The position numbers were made by a program, and so were the translations under genes. A DNA stretch of 63,995 nucleotides. Source: Octopus vulgaris. Lineage: Eukaryota. The stretch lies in contig OX597832.1 of NCBI GenBank assembly GCA_951406725.2, positions 434,001 through 497,995 on the forward strand, read 5' to 3'. The notes below the pieces were generated by a model that was not told the origin of the DNA, searched no databases, and saw only the letters and a program-made list of their open reading frames with translations. Below are positions 58,734-63,995 of this stretch, one piece after another. How positions within the stretch are numbered: the first letter of the stretch is position 1; every line of letters begins with the position of its first letter.

Positions 58734-59391
58734 CATACACACACACAACACATCAATCATGTACACATATACAATGAAATAAATGTACATGAAGCAGAAA
58801 TTCTGTGTATGTGTCTCCATCTAACAATAAGAACTTATAATTGTCATTGTATCTTTAAATATACTGGAGAGATTCAATATTCATTTTTTCTTAGGTTGTT
58901 CTGTTGCTTCATACTCATTTGATAATTTGTGGTGATTGTGGTGGTGATGGTAATGTCAGTGGTAGCAGTCTGTAAACATTTCCACTTGGGTCTAATTTGA
59001 AGCAAACTGTTTTTTTTCACAAGAATTGTTTCATCATCTGTTCCTGTTTATTATCAAGTCTACAATGAAACTGTCCAATACATTGACATTTCTGGAATGC
59101 TTTTAGTTTACCTTGCTGATGCTTCTGATAAGCATAAAGAAGTTAGTCTCTTCAGTTGGCCTTGGGGGACAGAAATTGTCTAGCAGAAATTTGATGTTTC
59201 TAAACTGTAAAAACAACACTGACATTAGCAGAACAGTGGGGGTGGGGAGAAGAGTGAAAGACTTACAGTTTGAGCATCTGAGTTATATATACTCTTGCTT
59301 CTGTGAGGTAACATAATCATCAACATATACATATATATATATCACTAGCCTCTACACACATTTTTTTCTCTCCTTGTTTCTTTCTGTGTTC

Positions 59392-59428
59392 CTTTCTGTG
59401 GAAGAGTGTAGGCTCGAAACATTAAAAA
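59392..59428 (+). ncRNA. Degenerate hammerhead-like motif related to the one at 31192
   Basis: ttt-CTGTGGA-a-gagt-gtag-gctc-GAAA-ca-TT-aaa; core mutated. Confidence 0.3.
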
Positions 59429-60140
59429 CTTTTTCAATTCCCGAGCATTATACTAATATATCTGTTTGTACAGATTGGTAACGATGGGAGCCTCTTGTCA
59501 CAGGTGTTCAACATGCACAGCACTACACACTGACATACACCTTCCTTACATCCTGAAATATTTCATTGAGTGTTTTGCCAACTATGGCCAGCCATGCTTG
59601 CAACATATTATAGATGTTGAAAAATCAAGTGATGCCTGTAACTGCAACTTTCTTAGTGAGGAAATGCCTTGCATAGGGTCAATCCTATTTTCTAAATAAT
59701 ATATTCATTTACTCAAAATGAAGAAGTAGTCTACATCATTGGGTGCAAGTGAATTCACAGATCTTACATCAGAGTTTTCTTCTCTTAGAGATGACATGTC
59801 TAAACAAAGACTGGGTGTATCCACTCCCACTTATTATATAATTATTGACACTACTAAGTTCATCCACTCTTTCACAGTTCTTGTTTTTAATTCTTCAGTA
59901 TGTCCACTGTAAACAACCCTCCTTGCCAAGCAAGCTTGGTTGTATTGCCAGTTTAATCACCAACTGTCCAACGATATAACAGGTTCTACTGGGTTGTATG
60001 TCACCTATAGCAGGAACTGACCTACATATATATACGTACATATATGAAATTAAGATTCAGTTGAATTATGTACTTAAATTGAGGCACCTTGCCAGTACAT
60101 GATAGACTGCACAGCTCCAAGTTAGGTGAACAGAATGTAA

Positions 60141-60401
60141 ATAAGTAACAAGGATGTACAGGTGTCAATACATTACAGCCATTTCAAGCAACTCCATTTA
60201 ATTGATCAATGAAAACTGCTTTCTATTATTGATGTAAATTTGTTAAAAATGGTTTATCCTTTATGTATGAAATCTATATGGTCTTCTGTTTCAGAAGAGA
60301 GCAGTTTCTTTCAAATTGATGTAATGTTTTCATTGATCAATTAAATGAAGCCATTTGAAATGGCCATAATATATTGGCACCTGTACATCCTTGTTACTTA
60401 T
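60141..60401. repeat. Inverted repeat arms 60141-60216 / 60326-60401
   Basis: ataagtaacaaggatgtacaggtg / cacctgtacatccttgttacttat; catttaattgatcaatgaaaac / gttttcattgatcaattaaatg. Confidence 0.9.
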
Positions 60402-60492
60402 ATACATACATATACGTATATACAGACAGATATATATGTGTGTGTGTGTGTGTGTGTATATATATCTTTATATATATATAAATATAGACTGC

Positions 60493-60766
60493 ATTTTTGC
60501 TTGTCTTGTTGTTGAGAGAGGCTTCCTTTCTTTCCTGATGAGAAGATTGCATCTTGCACCCTTTATTCCTTTGGAATATATATATTTATATATATATGTG
60601 AATAAATAAAAGAATGCAGTCGAACAAAGATGTTAGCAAAATTCCTTTACTCTCGACATGTTTCGAAGACAACATAGTTTCATTCCAAAGGAATAAAGGG
60701 TGCAAGGTGCAATCTTCTCATCAGGAAAGAAAGGAAGCCTCTCTCAACAACAAGACAAACAAAAAT
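60493..60766. repeat. 85-bp inverted repeat (60493-60577 / 60682-60766), two mismatches
   Basis: Direct reverse-complement comparison. Confidence 0.95.
60650..60729 (-). ncRNA. Canonical minimal type I hammerhead ribozyme
   Basis: Minus: ctttc-CTGATGA-gaaga...tcttc-GAAA-catg-TC-gagag; GUC triplet, predicted cut between 60655 and 60654. Confidence 0.85.
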
Positions 60767-60819
60767 TTCGATGAATGCCTACATGGTAAACAAAACGATA
60801 AGTGTTTTAAAAAAAAACG

Positions 60820-62412
<1,593 letters not shown>

Positions 62413-63995
62413 TATTGCCTTCAGCCGTCCGTTAATCTCTCTCTACTTCTTTTTAAAAAAACCCGCTTCTCTAGCCATGTCTCTTTCCTAAGCCGCTGCC
62501 TACATCACCGACTCATCCCTAAAGGTTTCCGCCTCCACTTCCACCCTGCTCTCCACTCGGATTCTTCCATCTTACCCATACTCCGCACCACATCTTACCG
62601 CCTTATGCGGGCCACCATTCGCTCCAATCTCTCTAAACTACATGCCATCAACCGCCTTCTTCCTCCTGCTTTCTCCACCTTCTTCTCCTCTCTGCCGCCT
62701 CTCTATGCTCCAAACACGCTACGCTTCATTATCCATTTGAATCAACTCTTCCATCAATTTCTTTCTGATACCAAACTTCGTAAACTCCAATCACTCTTCC
62801 ATTCCACCCTACCCGACGCCACTACCCCAACTCCTCCACCACCCTTCTCCCTCCCGATAGGCTCCATCCACCCACACCTAACCCCACTGCCCCTCCCTAC
62901 AACCCCTTCTCCCCTCCCGTTAGGCTCCATCCACCTACACCTAACCCTACTGCCCCGCTCAACCACCCCCCACACCTCCCCAATCCCTCCCCCTCAGACC
63001 TCCACGAGACCTACCACCCCTCCTACTTCTATTCCACCCACCCCTTCTCCACTTCGGTCTGTTGTTACCATTCCCCCGATCTTCCCCTCTCTGCGGCTGA
63101 ACGCTCCGTCCTTGGTAGGGGTCTGCGTTTCATCCCCTCACTCCATCCTGTAAGGAATTCCAGACGCGAGTTGATGTCCACAGCTTTGTGCGCCGTGTCC
63201 GGTTGGGGGCGCATTACCACGACTCGCCACCCACACCCAACGAAGAGGACGACTGCTTCACTGGCCTGGGCCGCCGACCATCCCCGTGGACGCCTGCCCC
63301 TGGCCAGATCCTAGCAGTGGATCTTTTCGCGGGCGCTTGTCAGCGTGCATTGGAGCGGTTCAACTTCTCCAGGCGCCAACGCCGCCTCAACATCTCCCCG
63401 GCTGAGCTCTTGGCTCTTCGTTCCCTCCAACGGCGCGCTGACACTATCATCAAACCGGCTGAGAAGGGTGGAGCTGTAGTGGTGTGGCGCGCGGACCTCT
63501 ATAGGGCCGAGGCTTTCCGCCAACTCAATGACACCTCCTTCTATTCCCCTCTGCCCTCTAACCCCACACGTAGCTACCAACAGACGGTATCCTCTACTGT
63601 CCAAGACCTCATCTCGTCCTCCCGTCTCCCCCGCACCGCATCCAATCTAATTGTGCGAACCCCACGTACCCCCACCATTTACTTCCTCCCCAAAATCCAC
63701 AAACCCAACAACCCTGGCCGCCCCATCATCTCCGCCTGTAACTGCCCCACGGAGCTCATCTCTAAATACCTCGACCGTGTCCTTGCCCCCCTAGTGGCAT
63801 CTCTTCCCTCCCACATCCACGATACCAACCATGCTCTCCGGCTTTTCAACTCTTTCTCCTTTCCTCCCGGCTCCTCCAAAATCCTTTTTACTATGGACAT
63901 CCAAAGCCTCTATACTGTTATCCCTCACCACGAAGGACTGCAGGCCCTTCGACACTTTCTTGACCTCCGCTCTAACCCTGTACCTGACACCTCCA
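62413..63995 (+). mobile_element. Penelope-like element, N-terminal region + reverse transcriptase, running off the window end
   Basis: [15 protein letters not shown]; [15 protein letters not shown]; IIKPAEKGGAVVVW; YFLPKIHKPNNPGRPIISACNCPTE; LFTMDIQSLYTVIPH; two frameshifts at ~63075 and ~63135. Confidence 0.93.

Noticed and set aside
60071-60147. tactta..cacct...aggtg-aa..taagta possible hammerhead relic
   Set aside because: Both catalytic boxes are degraded

Overview
Repeat-dominated eukaryotic DNA, most likely from an octopus (inferred from the SINE/RTE families and the huge (TA)n tracts). It is probably intronic sequence of a minus-strand CREB3-like (CrebA/CREB3L1/2) gene, with one well-supported coding exon at 8420-8612 and a candidate upstream in-frame 99-nt exon at 41925-42023. 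The rest is transposon-derived: a CR1-group LINE with an intact ORF2, several RTE LINEs whose RT carries a PHD-type finger, an R4/Dong fragment, Penelope-like (PLE) RT and GIY-YIG pieces, a Tc1 element, two abundant SINE families plus a CR1-partner SINE, and kb-long (TA)n/(TA/CA)n tracts. All long IYIY ORFs are microsatellite artefacts. The most striking unannotated signal is a set of 6 good and about 4 degenerate minimal type I hammerhead ribozyme folds on both strands. They sit in short non-coding elements near TA tracts, several with fold-back inverted duplications. All structures were read by eye; nothing was computed or searched.
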